Shown here piece after piece: positions 1-8,542 of a stretch of 64,000 bases of DNA; within the stretch, counting starts at the first letter, position 1; the number at the start of each line of letters is the position of its first letter. Source of the stretch: Candidatus Iainarchaeum sp. (GTDB lineage: Archaea; Iainarchaeota; Iainarchaeia; Iainarchaeales; JACQJH01); contig JACQJH010000001.1 in NCBI GenBank assembly GCA_016205145.1, positions 451,501 through 515,500 of the forward strand. Reading direction: 5' to 3'. The translations under genes and the position numbers were made by a program. A model generated the notes under the pieces. It was not told the origin of the DNA. It did not search any database and was given only the letters and a program-made list of their open reading frames with translations.

Positions 1-420
1 GAGGTTGGGTTGTATGGCAGCAGGACAAGCGCGTTCTCGGTCGACCCCGACATCGGCATAGCGGTTGACGTGACGAATTCGAATGACGTGCTTGAAGACC
101 GGCCGACAAAGATTCTGGGCAATGGCCCTGTGCTCATAGTCAAGGATTCGGACATGATTGCAAGCAAGTCCATCAATGACGCGCTTATCGCAATAGCAAA
201 GCGGAGGAAGGCATCATTGCAGCTTGCGGTGATGAGCGGCGGCACTACCGATGCGTTGAGCATTTCTCTTTCACGCGAGGGCGTTCCTGCAACCGTTGTC
301 GGCGTTCCGGTAAGGAACATGCACACTGTTTTCGGCATCGCTTCATTGCAGGACATCGAAGAGCTTGTTTTGCTGCTGGAGGATTTTTTGAAAAAGCCGC
401 CGAAAATCCGCCCGCAGTGA
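1..420 (+). CDS. M42-family peptidase/endoglucanase (FrvX-like), C-terminal fragment. The gene begins upstream of the window.
   Basis: The frame is open from base 1. Translation VDPDIGIAVDVT...VGVPVRNMHT...IEELVLLL resembles the C-terminal half of M42 aminopeptidases. Confidence 0.55.
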   Translation, partial: EVGLYGSRTSAFSVDPDIGIAVDVTNSNDVLEDRPTKILGNGPVLIVKDSDMIASKSINDALIAIAKRRKASLQLAVMSGGTTDALSISLSREGVPATVVGVPVRNMHTVFGIASLQDIEELVLLLEDFLKKPPKIRPQ

Positions 421-500
421 ACGGTTTTTTTCGGATTGGCGATTTGGGTAAAAGTTTTTATTGGCCGGCCGGAGTTTTATTCCGGCGGCGTGGGCTGCGC

Positions 501-531
501 TTGCCTTAATAATTGTGTTTGCCTTAATAAT
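501..531 (+). promoter_or_regulatory. Tandem direct repeat TTGCCTTAATAAT (501-513 and 519-531) upstream of the DsbA-like gene, followed by an AT-rich TATA-like stretch.
   Basis: Two exact 13-nt copies lie 18 nt apart, immediately 5' of an AT-rich box and an RBS. Confidence 0.35.
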
Positions 532-589
532 GTTTCTGCAAAAATATCTGTTAAAAACTTTAAAATAATTTTTGGAAAGGGGGAGTTTG

Positions 590-1420
590 ATGACAAAACT
601 TGGGGAAATGGACGCAAAATCTTCTGCGCAGATTCCAAACAGCTTGGTTCTCGCGGCAAGCATATTTATTTCGGCGCTGATTTTATCGGCATCTGTCCTG
701 ATGGTGGGCAATTCCATTACAACTGAAATTTCAAAGCTTTCAGGCCTGGCGCTTGCGCCGGCAAATGCAGGCGGAACAGGAACCCAAGAGCAAAACGTTC
801 CTTCGCCCGCGCAGGCTGCGCCTTCTCCTGAGCCGGCGGCGCCCGAAATTTCGCTGAAAACGGTTTCAGGCAATGCAGCCGGAGTCATGGGCGAGGACAA
901 TGCGCCGGTTACAATCGTGGAATATTCCGATTTCCAGTGCCCGTTCTGCAGGCGCCATTACACTGAAACGCACCAGCAGCTGATAGACAATTACGTGAAG
1001 ACCGGCAAGGCAAAGCTTGTTTTCAAGGATCTGCCTTTGGACTTCCATCCTTCGGCTTCAATGGCCGCGAACGCGGCAAGGTGCGGCGCGGAGCAGGGAA
1101 AGTTCTGGGAAGCGCATGACGCAATCTTTGACATGCAGCAGGCAAAGGATCCCAGCGGGGGAACCGTGCAGTTTTCTGCGCAGGACGTCAAGGATGCCGT
1201 CGCGAAGATTTCCGGAATCGACGCAACAAAGTTCAATTCGTGCGTTGACAGCAGCAAGTATGCAAGCGATGTGAAGGCAAGCTACACCGAAGGCTTTTCC
1301 ATCGGCATAAACGGCACGCCGAGCTTTGTCATCGGACCGACGGACGGCAAGGGCCAGATTGTCGTTGGGGCGCAGCCTTTCGCGACATTCAAGGCGGTCG
1401 TAGACGGGTATTTGGGCTGA
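590..1420 (+). CDS. DsbA-like thiol:disulfide oxidoreductase. It has an N-terminal TM anchor and a Pro/Ala-rich linker.
   Basis: The motif FQCPFCRRHY is a CxxC in DsbA/thioredoxin-fold context. A GGGGG RBS precedes the ATG at 590. The ORF-track start at 572 is an alternative. Confidence 0.75.
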   Translation: MTKLGEMDAKSSAQIPNSLVLAASIFISALILSASVLMVGNSITTEISKLSGLALAPANAGGTGTQEQNVPSPAQAAPSPEPAAPEISLKTVSGNAAGVMGEDNAPVTIVEYSDFQCPFCRRHYTETHQQLIDNYVKTGKAKLVFKDLPLDFHPSASMAANAARCGAEQGKFWEAHDAIFDMQQAKDPSGGTVQFSAQDVKDAVAKISGIDATKFNSCVDSSKYASDVKASYTEGFSIGINGTPSFVIGPTDGKGQIVVGAQPFATFKAVVDGYLG

Positions 1421-1465
1421 AACCCAAATACCCCACTTTCTTTCTTTTCATTTTTTTGCGGGCTG

Positions 1466-2017
1466 GTGCAATTGGATTTTTTTGATTCCATGAACGCGAA
1501 AACCGCGCATCTTTCCAGAGCTTTCCGCATTGTGTTTTCCCGGCCCAAATATTCGCTTCTTGCCATTTTTCTTGCCATGGCTCTTTTTTTGGGTGTAAAC
1601 TTTCTTGTCAACTGGCGCCTGCTTTCGGGTTTCGTGCTTGGAAACTTTCCGCTGTCAAACAAAATCACGGTCCTTTCCGGATTAGCGCAGGGAAGCCTGC
1701 TAAACAACACGACTGAAACTTTTTTTTCCTTCGCCGTCGTGTCATTGCTAATCGGCGTGAACGTTTCGCTTTTCGCCTATCGCATCAGGCATTCGGGCTT
1801 GGACAAAAAGGCGGGCGCGAGCGGCATTCTGGGCGGGTTTTTCGGGCTGTTTGCCGCGGGCTGCACGGCCTGCACGCTTTCGCTTGTGGCATTTTTCGGT
1901 TTCGCGGGATTGTTTGCGCTGCTGCCTTTCAGGGGCTTTGAAGTGTGGGCATTGGGAATCGCGGTCCTCATGTTGAGCATTTACTGGAATTCGAAAAGCA
2001 TCTGCGGAGTCTGCTAG
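1466..2017 (+). CDS. Small polytopic membrane protein with an intramembrane CxxC (AAGCTACTL) and a C-terminal CGVC. It may be a DsbB/VKOR-like partner of the adjacent DsbA-like protein. This is paralog 1 of 3.
   Basis: Several hydrophobic helices, with a CxxC inside a helix. Paralogs occur at 6747 and 9725. The start is GTG 1466 or ATG 1490. Confidence 0.45.
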   Translation: MQLDFFDSMNAKTAHLSRAFRIVFSRPKYSLLAIFLAMALFLGVNFLVNWRLLSGFVLGNFPLSNKITVLSGLAQGSLLNNTTETFFSFAVVSLLIGVNVSLFAYRIRHSGLDKKAGASGILGGFFGLFAAGCTACTLSLVAFFGFAGLFALLPFRGFEVWALGIAVLMLSIYWNSKSICGVC

Positions 2018-2029
2018 CAGTTCGGGGGA

Positions 2030-2596
2030 ATGCGCATGGGCCTGACAAAACACGAAAGGAAACAGCTGAAAAAAACGGAACGGCTTGAAAGCGAAAGGAC
2101 CCTTGGCGAAAAAAAGCGGAAGGAAAATTTCCTGAAAAACGCGGGCATGGCAATCCTTGCAATCGCGGTTGTCGCGGCAATCGCCTTTTTTGCGTTGCAG
2201 GCAAATGCCAACAGGCCCAAACTGGACACGCGCGGCATTTCCTTTCCGTTGGTGAACGTGCACTGGCACGCCACGCCCCGCATTTTTTTGTGCGGCGGGG
2301 AAAAGTTGATTCCGACGCCGCCTGAAACAAATCCTTTGCTGCACACGCATGAGGACAGGCTCATCCACATCGAAGGCAGCGTTTCCGGGCCGGAGCAGAT
2401 AACCCTGGAAAGGTTTTTTGACGGCATCGGCATAAAGTTTTCTTCAACCGGAATCTGGGGCAAAAGGAACGGCGACACCTGCGAAAACACGGGCAAGGCG
2501 GGAAAGGTTTCAATGAAGGTCAACGGTTCCGCAAACACTGAGTTCCAGAATTTTGTGCCAAAGGACGGCGACGTGATAGAAATTCGTTTTGAATAG
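2030..2596 (+). CDS. Membrane-anchored His-rich protein of unknown function (HWHATP...LLHTHED).
   Basis: One N-terminal TM helix. The extracytoplasmic domain carries clustered His residues. It sits inside the metal island. Confidence 0.4.
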   Translation: MRMGLTKHERKQLKKTERLESERTLGEKKRKENFLKNAGMAILAIAVVAAIAFFALQANANRPKLDTRGISFPLVNVHWHATPRIFLCGGEKLIPTPPETNPLLHTHEDRLIHIEGSVSGPEQITLERFFDGIGIKFSSTGIWGKRNGDTCENTGKAGKVSMKVNGSANTEFQNFVPKDGDVIEIRFE

Positions 2597-2606
2597 GCGT
2601 TGTGAC

Positions 2607-2801
2607 ATGAATAAAGTGAAACAAACCGCGTTGTTCACCTGCCCGGAATGCGGCGCAAAATCGGAAATAGCGGTTCCAACCGGCAGGTGCCTTGCCTTTC
2701 ACGAATGCGTGGCATGCCATAAAATCATCGCGGCAAAAAAATCCTGTTGCGTCATCTGCGACTACTCCGACAAGAAGTGCCCTGTTTCAGCAAAACACTG
2801 A
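2607..2801 (+). CDS. Small Cys-rich (about 10 Cys in 65 aa) zinc-ribbon-like metal-binding protein.
   Basis: The pattern is CPECG...CLAFHECVACH...CCVICDYSDKKCP. ATG is at 2607. The ORF-track TTG start at 2589 overlaps the upstream stop. Confidence 0.4.
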   Translation: MNKVKQTALFTCPECGAKSEIAVPTGRCLAFHECVACHKIIAAKKSCCVICDYSDKKCPVSAKH

Positions 2802-2864
2802 CTGGCCGCACTTTTGATTGTTTGGCTTTTTTTTGGCGCTCAGGGGCTGTTCCGCTTTTTCCAC

Positions 2865-2911
2865 ATGGTTTCAACAACGGTTATCTATGGTTTCAGCCGC
2901 ATTGTTTGCAT
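2865..2911 (+). promoter_or_regulatory. Conserved 47-nt promoter/operator motif, copy 1: GGTTTCA-n12-TATGGTTTCAGC-n7-TTTGCAT.
   Basis: It is nearly identical to 9181-9227. It contains a TATA-like TAT.TATGG and lies 42 nt upstream of the GGAGG-preceded ATG at 2953. Confidence 0.5.
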
Positions 2912-2952
2912 CAGAGCCTGATTCAGGCAATGTTTTTGCGGAGGAGACGGAA

Positions 2953-3630
2953 ATGCAGGGTTGTTGCGGGGAAGGGCACAAGTCCGGTTCCCATAAGTCT
3001 GGTTCGGCTGGCCAGCAAGCGGAATTCAAAACCAGTGCCGGCGGCAAAAAGCTGGGTTTTGGAAAAACCGCATTGACTGTGGTTTTGGCCTTGGCTGTTG
3101 TAGCAGGACTGCTGTTTTTCCTTCGCCCCGGCTCGACTGGACAGGTGTCCGCAACCGCGACGGGCAATACTGTCGGTGCTGTGGCGCCGGGTTTTGAGTT
3201 GAAGGACATTGCCGGAAACAGCGTGAAGCTGAGCGATTTCAAGGGCAGGGCTGTCATACTTTTTTTCAACGAGGGCGGAATGTGCTATCCTTCGTGCTGG
3301 AACCAGATAAAGGCTCTGGCAACGGATGAAAGGCTTAACAACGAAAACGTGGCGTCTTTCTCCGTGGTGGTTGACAACACTTCGGACTGGGAGAAAATCA
3401 CGGCTCACGTGCCCGGCTTTTCGCAGTCGGGCCTGCTCTTCGACACTTCAAAGGTTGTTTCGTCAAGTTACGGGGCGCTGAACATGCCGTCTTCGATGCA
3501 TGGCGGCATGATGCCGGGGCACACATATTATATCATCGGAAAGGACGGCAAAATAAAGTTCATTTTCGACGACCCGCAGATGGGCGTGAGGAACGACCTG
3601 CTTGCCGCTGAAATAGCAAAGCTGGTTTGA
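2953..3630 (+). CDS. Membrane-anchored thioredoxin-like (TlpA/redoxin family) protein with an N-terminal Cys/His-rich tail (MQGCCGEGHKSGSHKSGS).
   Basis: The active-site-like motif is GGMCYPSCW. There is a TM segment TALTVVLALAVVAGLLFF and a strong GGAGGAG RBS. The in-frame ATG at 2887 lies inside the conserved motif, so it was rejected as a start. Confidence 0.65.
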   Translation: MQGCCGEGHKSGSHKSGSAGQQAEFKTSAGGKKLGFGKTALTVVLALAVVAGLLFFLRPGSTGQVSATATGNTVGAVAPGFELKDIAGNSVKLSDFKGRAVILFFNEGGMCYPSCWNQIKALATDERLNNENVASFSVVVDNTSDWEKITAHVPGFSQSGLLFDTSKVVSSSYGALNMPSSMHGGMMPGHTYYIIGKDGKIKFIFDDPQMGVRNDLLAAEIAKLV

Positions 3631-3655
3631 CGGCTGGATTGTTTTTGGTGGTGGC

Positions 3656-4534
3656 GTGGGCGAACTGCTTTTAGGCGCGTCAATAATAACCGCTTTTGTG
3701 GCGGGAGTCGCGGCATTGTTCGCGCCGTGCTGCATTACCGTGCTCTTGCCCGCCTACCTCGGCTCGGTTTTCAGGCAGATGCGCACGGTTTTCCTCATGA
3801 CTTTCGTTTTCTTCCTGGGCCTGCTCGCGGTTTTCCTGCCGCTCGGCCTCGGCTTCGCGGCGCTCGGCGAAGCGTTCAGGCAGTTTCACGACGTCATTTT
3901 CGTCGGCGGAAGCGTTTTCCTCATAGTGCTTGGCGCCTCGATGCTTTTGGGAAAGCACTTTTCAATGCCATTTGCACCGCGCCCGTCTCCAAAAGTTACT
4001 GGTGCGGTTTCGGTTTTCGCGCTCGGCGTGTTCTCCGGCATAGCGACGCTTTGCTGTGCGCCCGTGCTTGCCGGAGTGCTGGCGCTTTCGATAATGCCGG
4101 GTTCGGTTTTCTGGGGCGGAGTCTACTCGCTGGCTTACGTGCTTGGCATGACGATTCCGTTGTTCGTAATTGCCTTCGCGCTTGACAAGTCGGATGCCCT
4201 TGAAAAAATCCGGCTGCTCAACAGGACCGTCGAATACGGCTTCGGCGGAGAAAAAATCAGCCTGCTTGCATCCGAAATGGTTGCAGCGTTGATGTTCATC
4301 GGAATGGGCTTGCTGACGATTTACTTTTTCATGACCGGGCAGCTTGCACAAAATTCCGGCTTCCAGGTTTCCACGAACGTGATGCTTGCAGGAGTGGCGG
4401 ATTTTGCCTCGAAGTATTTTTCGTGGGCACCGCCGGTTGCATTGGCGGGCGCGGTTGCGCTGATTTTGGCCGGCCTGGCGTTCATTGCCTTCAAAGAGAA
4501 GCATGGCCGGGGAAACGAAAAAAGGGAATCCTGA
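3656..4534 (+). CDS. ccdA: CcdA/DsbD-family transmembrane thiol-disulfide electron transporter.
   Basis: It has PCC and LCCAP motifs in TM helices (FAPCCITVLLPAYLG; IATLCCAPVLAG) and is polytopic. It has a GTG start. Confidence 0.8.
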   Translation: MGELLLGASIITAFVAGVAALFAPCCITVLLPAYLGSVFRQMRTVFLMTFVFFLGLLAVFLPLGLGFAALGEAFRQFHDVIFVGGSVFLIVLGASMLLGKHFSMPFAPRPSPKVTGAVSVFALGVFSGIATLCCAPVLAGVLALSIMPGSVFWGGVYSLAYVLGMTIPLFVIAFALDKSDALEKIRLLNRTVEYGFGGEKISLLASEMVAALMFIGMGLLTIYFFMTGQLAQNSGFQVSTNVMLAGVADFASKYFSWAPPVALAGAVALILAGLAFIAFKEKHGRGNEKRES

Positions 4535-4598
4535 TGGGAGGGATGAAAACGTGATTGCAAAAATAATCGAAAGCGCAAAGCGCAACCATCTCGCGCAG

Positions 4599-4760
4599 AT
4601 GGCAATCTGCTGCCTCTTGCCGGTGCTGCTGATAATCGCGTTGCAGCTTTTGGGTTACACGGGTTTCTGGGTTTATGCCCTGGCCCTCGCTTTGTGCATC
4701 GGCTCGCACATTGCAATGGCGGCTATTGGCGCGAAAAAAGAGGGGCAGTCATGCCATTAG
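4599..4760 (+). CDS. Small two-TM membrane protein with a CC pair (MAICCLLPVLL...).
   Basis: It is a short hydrophobic ORF in the island. The start is ambiguous between GTG 4551 and ATG 4599. Confidence 0.3.
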   Translation: MAICCLLPVLLIIALQLLGYTGFWVYALALALCIGSHIAMAAIGAKKEGQSCH

Positions 4761-4964
4761 ACTTAGGAAAGCACCGCGGCTGGCTGGAAAACGCCTTCTG
4801 GCTTCTCGTGCTCGCAGTCGCATACATTGCAATGCAAAAAGCAATGCATCCCGGCTGGACGGTTTTCGGAATCTGAATCCGCCGGGTGTATTTAGCCTGA
4901 TTTGGAAAAACTAATATAAATGCCGCTGCGCATCCATTAAAAACGCAGGAGGGCGGGATTAATC

Positions 4965-6689
4965 ATGGCGGGATTTGATGGCAGGACTGTCATTGGCTTG
5001 GCTTTGGTGGCCGTAATCGTGTTTGGGGCGGCGTTTTACATTGGCACATCCGGAAATTCCGGAATGCGTTCAGAGACGCGGCCGGCCGGAAGCGCGGCCG
5101 GGCAAACGGGCGCGGCATTCCCTTCCGGTGAATTGTCCGCCGGCGACAGGGCCATGATGGAGCACTGCAAGTCCATGCCGCAAATGCCGGGGTGCGAAAA
5201 ATTCGCCGGTCAGGAAGCCGCCGCAAATGGCGGTGCGGGTGCAAACGCCGGTTACTCTGATTCAGTTGCCGGGCTTTCCGCGGCAGGCGGAACCGCGGTT
5301 TATGATGCGAAAGACGGCGGAAAAATAACCCTGTCAGCGTCGGCCGTCAAAAAAACCGTTGCCGGCACGGAAGTCAGGATGCTTGCATACAACGGCCAGA
5401 TTCCGGGACCCACGATAAGAGTGAAACAGGGAAGCTCTCTGGAAGTGGAATTCATAAACGGCCTTGACTCCGAAACGACTGTGCACTGGCACGGCGTGAG
5501 AGTAAAAAACGATTTTGACGGCGTTCCGGGCGTGACGCAAAAGCCGGTCAAGCCCGGGGAAAAGTTTGTCTACCCGCTGGAGTTTCCGGACGAGGGCATA
5601 TACTGGTATCATCCGCACATGAGAGAGGACTACCAGCAGGAGCTCGGGCTTTACGGCAACATCATCGTCGAGCCGTCCGATGAAGGCTCTTACAACAAGG
5701 TCAACCGCGAAATGACGCTTGCGCTTGACGACATTCTGATGGAAGGCAATGGCATTGCCGCGTTCTCCGCCGATTTTGCGACGCATTCCCTGATGGGAAG
5801 GTTCGGGAACGTGATGCTGGTCAACGGCAGTGACAAATTTGAAATGGCCGCGCTGAAAGGCGAAACTGTGAGGTTTTTCGTCACGAATGCCGCGAACGCA
5901 AGGACATTCAACTTGGTTTTCGGGGGATTGAAGTTGAAGGTTGTCGGCGCGGACAGCGGAAAGTATGAAAAAGAATTTTTCGCGGACTCGGTTGTGGTGG
6001 CGCCGTCGGAAAGGTACGTTGTGGAAGTGCTGTTTGACGGGGAGGGAACATACAACATCCTCAATTCGACGCCTGAAGGAAAAACGGTTCTCGGCAAAAT
6101 AGCCGTGTCGGGCCGGCAGGCGGAAGAGGATTATTCCAAGGAGTTTTTTGAAACAATGGAAAATTCCCGGGTTGCTGACAGCATTTCCGGCATGAGGCGG
6201 TATTTTGACAAGCCCGCGGACCATGAAATAAGAATCGGCGTGGACCTGATGGGCATGAGTCATGGCAGCATGGCGATGGCTCAGGGAACCGGCGGCATCG
6301 AGTGGGAGGACGAAATGCCGCAAATGAACCTGGCCATGAACAGCAGGATAATGGAATGGCAGTTCATTGACGTGAAAACCGGGAAAAAGAACGAGGGCAT
6401 AAGCTATGAGTGGAAAAAAGGCGACAAAATCAAGTTGAGGATTTTCAACGACCCGGATTCCGCGCACCCCATGCAGCACCCGATCCATTTGCACGGCCAA
6501 AGGTTCCTGGCCATAAGCAGTGACGGGGTGGAAAGCGAAAACCTGGCGTGGAAGGACACGGTTCTGGTCCCGTCGGGTTCCACGGCGGACATTCTTGTGG
6601 ATGTCTCGAATCCCGGAAAATGGATGCTGCACTGCCATGTCCCGGAACACATGGAAAGCGGAATGCACACGACGGTAAACGTAATATGA
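4965..6689 (+). CDS. Multicopper oxidase (laccase/CueO-like), membrane-anchored or secreted.
   Basis: The copper-ligand motifs HWHG, HPIHLHG and HCHVPEHMESGMH are present. It has an N-terminal TM/signal and a GGAGGG RBS. Confidence 0.9.
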   Translation: MAGFDGRTVIGLALVAVIVFGAAFYIGTSGNSGMRSETRPAGSAAGQTGAAFPSGELSAGDRAMMEHCKSMPQMPGCEKFAGQEAAANGGAGANAGYSDSVAGLSAAGGTAVYDAKDGGKITLSASAVKKTVAGTEVRMLAYNGQIPGPTIRVKQGSSLEVEFINGLDSETTVHWHGVRVKNDFDGVPGVTQKPVKPGEKFVYPLEFPDEGIYWYHPHMREDYQQELGLYGNIIVEPSDEGSYNKVNREMTLALDDILMEGNGIAAFSADFATHSLMGRFGNVMLVNGSDKFEMAALKGETVRFFVTNAANARTFNLVFGGLKLKVVGADSGKYEKEFFADSVVVAPSERYVVEVLFDGEGTYNILNSTPEGKTVLGKIAVSGRQAEEDYSKEFFETMENSRVADSISGMRRYFDKPADHEIRIGVDLMGMSHGSMAMAQGTGGIEWEDEMPQMNLAMNSRIMEWQFIDVKTGKKNEGISYEWKKGDKIKLRIFNDPDSAHPMQHPIHLHGQRFLAISSDGVESENLAWKDTVLVPSGSTADILVDVSNPGKWMLHCHVPEHMESGMHTTVNVI

Positions 6690-6746
6690 GCGGCTGCCCG
6701 GAACCGGTTTTAATAACTGCGTTGCGGATTCATTCCGTGGCATAAA

Positions 6747-7217
6747 ATGCGAAAATGGTGGCAAGTGGACAAAAAAATAAAATTCCTGTTGGTTGGGGCG
6801 GGGCTTTCAATTCTGCTTTTCATAATCATGGGAACGCCCACGGCCCTCGTGCCCAACCCATTCATTCACTACAAGAGGATGGTTGCCGCGGCATGGTTGG
6901 ACTATTTTTTTCTCGCCTCAACCTCGATAATGCTTGCGGCATTGATTTCGCTGAAACTGTATTTCAGGTCGGGGCGCGGCCTCGGCGCAAAAGAAATCGG
7001 CGGGGGCGCGCTGGGCTTTCTTGCGTTCAGCTGCCCGATTTGCAATGCTCTTCTCGTGGCTTTGCTCGGCGGCGCGACGATAATGGCGTTCGTGGAGCCG
7101 TTGAGGCCGCTGTTTGGAGTCGTGTCGATTGCGATTTTGGGTTGGCTTATTTATGGCGCGCTGAAATGCGGGGGATGCAATGGCGCCGCAGGCCGGCACG
7201 GCATGAAAATTAATTAA
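6747..7217 (+). CDS. CxxC membrane protein, paralog 2 (FSCPICNALLVALLGG; C-terminal CGGCNG).
   Basis: Same architecture as 1466-2017. Confidence 0.45.
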   Translation: MRKWWQVDKKIKFLLVGAGLSILLFIIMGTPTALVPNPFIHYKRMVAAAWLDYFFLASTSIMLAALISLKLYFRSGRGLGAKEIGGGALGFLAFSCPICNALLVALLGGATIMAFVEPLRPLFGVVSIAILGWLIYGALKCGGCNGAAGRHGMKIN

Positions 7218-7247
7218 TCTGCTTGCATTTACATACAATCTGTTGCG

Positions 7248-7955
7248 GTGCTTGGAATGGCGTTTCCTTTGAACCCCTGGCTTTTCGGCTCGGCCGCCCT
7301 GCTGTTGTTGTGGCTGGCCATATGGCTTTTCAGGCCCGCTTTGCGCAGGGAAATGCTTTTGGTCAGCCTTTTCACCGCGCCTTTGGGTCTGACGGAACCG
7401 CTTTTTGTGCCCGAATACTGGACTCCGCCTTCGCTGTTCAACCTTGCCGCCACAACGGGCTTTGACATTGAAAGCATAGTCTTCTGCTTTGCCGCCGGGG
7501 GAATAGCGGCGGTCATCTACGAAATCCTGGTGAAATCGAGGCACAGTGAAATGTCCATGAATGAAATGCGTTCTAAACGGCACAGGTTCCACAAAATCGC
7601 GCTCGCCTCTCCCGCAATCGTTTTCGTGCCCCTGTACCTTTTTTCCGGCCTGAACCCGATATATGTTTCAATAATTGCGCTGTTTGCCGGCGCAATGGCG
7701 ACTGTCGTGTGCAGGCCGGATTTGAAGAAACCGGTCTTAACCGGAGGAACAGTATTTTTGCTCATCTATTTCTTTTTCTTCCTGTTTTTGAGCGTGGCAT
7801 TCCCGGATTTTGTGCCGAACGCGTGGAATTTTTCGGCCATCAGCGGCATTCTTGTTTTCGGCGTCCCTTTTGAGGAGCTGCTGTTCGCGCTTTCCTTTGG
7901 AATGGCGTGGGCGGGCCTTTACGAGCATTTTTTCTGGAAAAAACTGGTTCGTTAG
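7248..7955 (+). CDS. Polytopic membrane protein. It may be lycopene-cyclase-domain-like, based on PxEE-type motifs (GVPFEELLF).
   Basis: Seven or more hydrophobic helices and a PFEELLF motif. The family assignment is tentative. Confidence 0.35.
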   Translation: MLGMAFPLNPWLFGSAALLLLWLAIWLFRPALRREMLLVSLFTAPLGLTEPLFVPEYWTPPSLFNLAATTGFDIESIVFCFAAGGIAAVIYEILVKSRHSEMSMNEMRSKRHRFHKIALASPAIVFVPLYLFSGLNPIYVSIIALFAGAMATVVCRPDLKKPVLTGGTVFLLIYFFFFLFLSVAFPDFVPNAWNFSAISGILVFGVPFEELLFALSFGMAWAGLYEHFFWKKLVR

Positions 7956-7985
7956 GCCAATCAGGCAACCGGCAAAGGCTTCCGG

Positions 7986-8411
7986 TCAGTGCGCGCCGCC
8001 GCCCTTGAAAGTCCGCGCGCAGTGCCTGCAGCAGAATTTCAGGGTTTTTCCGTTTATTTTTTCCGTGTGGCCGCCTTCATAGACCATGCAGGCGCAGTGC
8101 GCGCACTGCGAAAGCTTCGGTTCCACGGCAAGGTCTATGAGGCCGCCGAACCTGTGCAGCATCGACTTGCAGAACGCCTTGCCTTCCGGCGTCAGAGCGT
8201 AAACCTTTTTTTCCCTCGCGCCCTCTGATTTGACCCGGATGTATTTTGCCTTTTCAAGTTTTGCGAGGAAAGGGTAGATCTGGCCGGGTGAAACCCTGCT
8301 TTCGAGCCTTTCGCTTATCTCCTTTATGAGCTCGTAGCCGTGCCTGGGGCCGTCGCACAGAAGAAGCATGCAATAGAATTTGGCCATGTTTGTGATCCTG
8401 ATTTCTTTCAT
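7986..8411 (-). CDS. PadR-family winged-helix regulator fused to a C-terminal TRASH metal-sensing domain. It is a candidate copper-responsive regulator.
   Basis: The N-terminus LCDGPRHGYELIKEI...GQIYPFLAKLE is a PadR signature. The C-terminus CAHC-x20-CCRHC fits the TRASH pattern C-x2-C-x19-22-C-x3-C. Confidence 0.7.
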   Translation of the reverse strand: MKEIRITNMAKFYCMLLLCDGPRHGYELIKEISERLESRVSPGQIYPFLAKLEKAKYIRVKSEGAREKKVYALTPEGKAFCKSMLHRFGGLIDLAVEPKLSQCAHCACMVYEGGHTEKINGKTLKFCCRHCARTFKGGGAH

Positions 8412-8453
8412 TGCGGTCAGGCGGATTTATCTGGGAAAACGTTTAAATATTTA

Positions 8454-8474
8454 TATATCTAAATTTGATATATC
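8454..8474. promoter_or_regulatory. Divergent promoter region with ATATATC-n7-GATATAT(C). It holds two copies of the self-complementary GATATATC-like element, between the PadR-TRASH gene and the Met-rich protein gene.
   Basis: Sequence TTATATATCTAAATTTGATATATC. These are TATA-like boxes for divergent transcription and/or an operator. Confidence 0.35.
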
Positions 8475-8542
8475 TGTTTTCTGGGCATCATTTTTCTGAG
8501 CGTCATTTGGGCTGGCAACAATTTTTTTTGGGGTGGTTTGCA

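Noticed and set aside
2887-2952. Upstream in-frame ATG (2887) as the start of the TlpA-like gene
   Set aside because: This ATG is part of the conserved TATGGTTTCAGC regulatory motif that also occurs upstream of the copA operon, where it is non-coding. A strong GGAGG RBS precedes the ATG at 2953.
5334-6764. 476-aa antisense ORF spanning the multicopper oxidase gene
   Set aside because: It is Arg/Pro/His-rich low-complexity translation with no motifs. It lies opposite a gene with unmistakable copper-site signatures. High GC produces long spurious frames.
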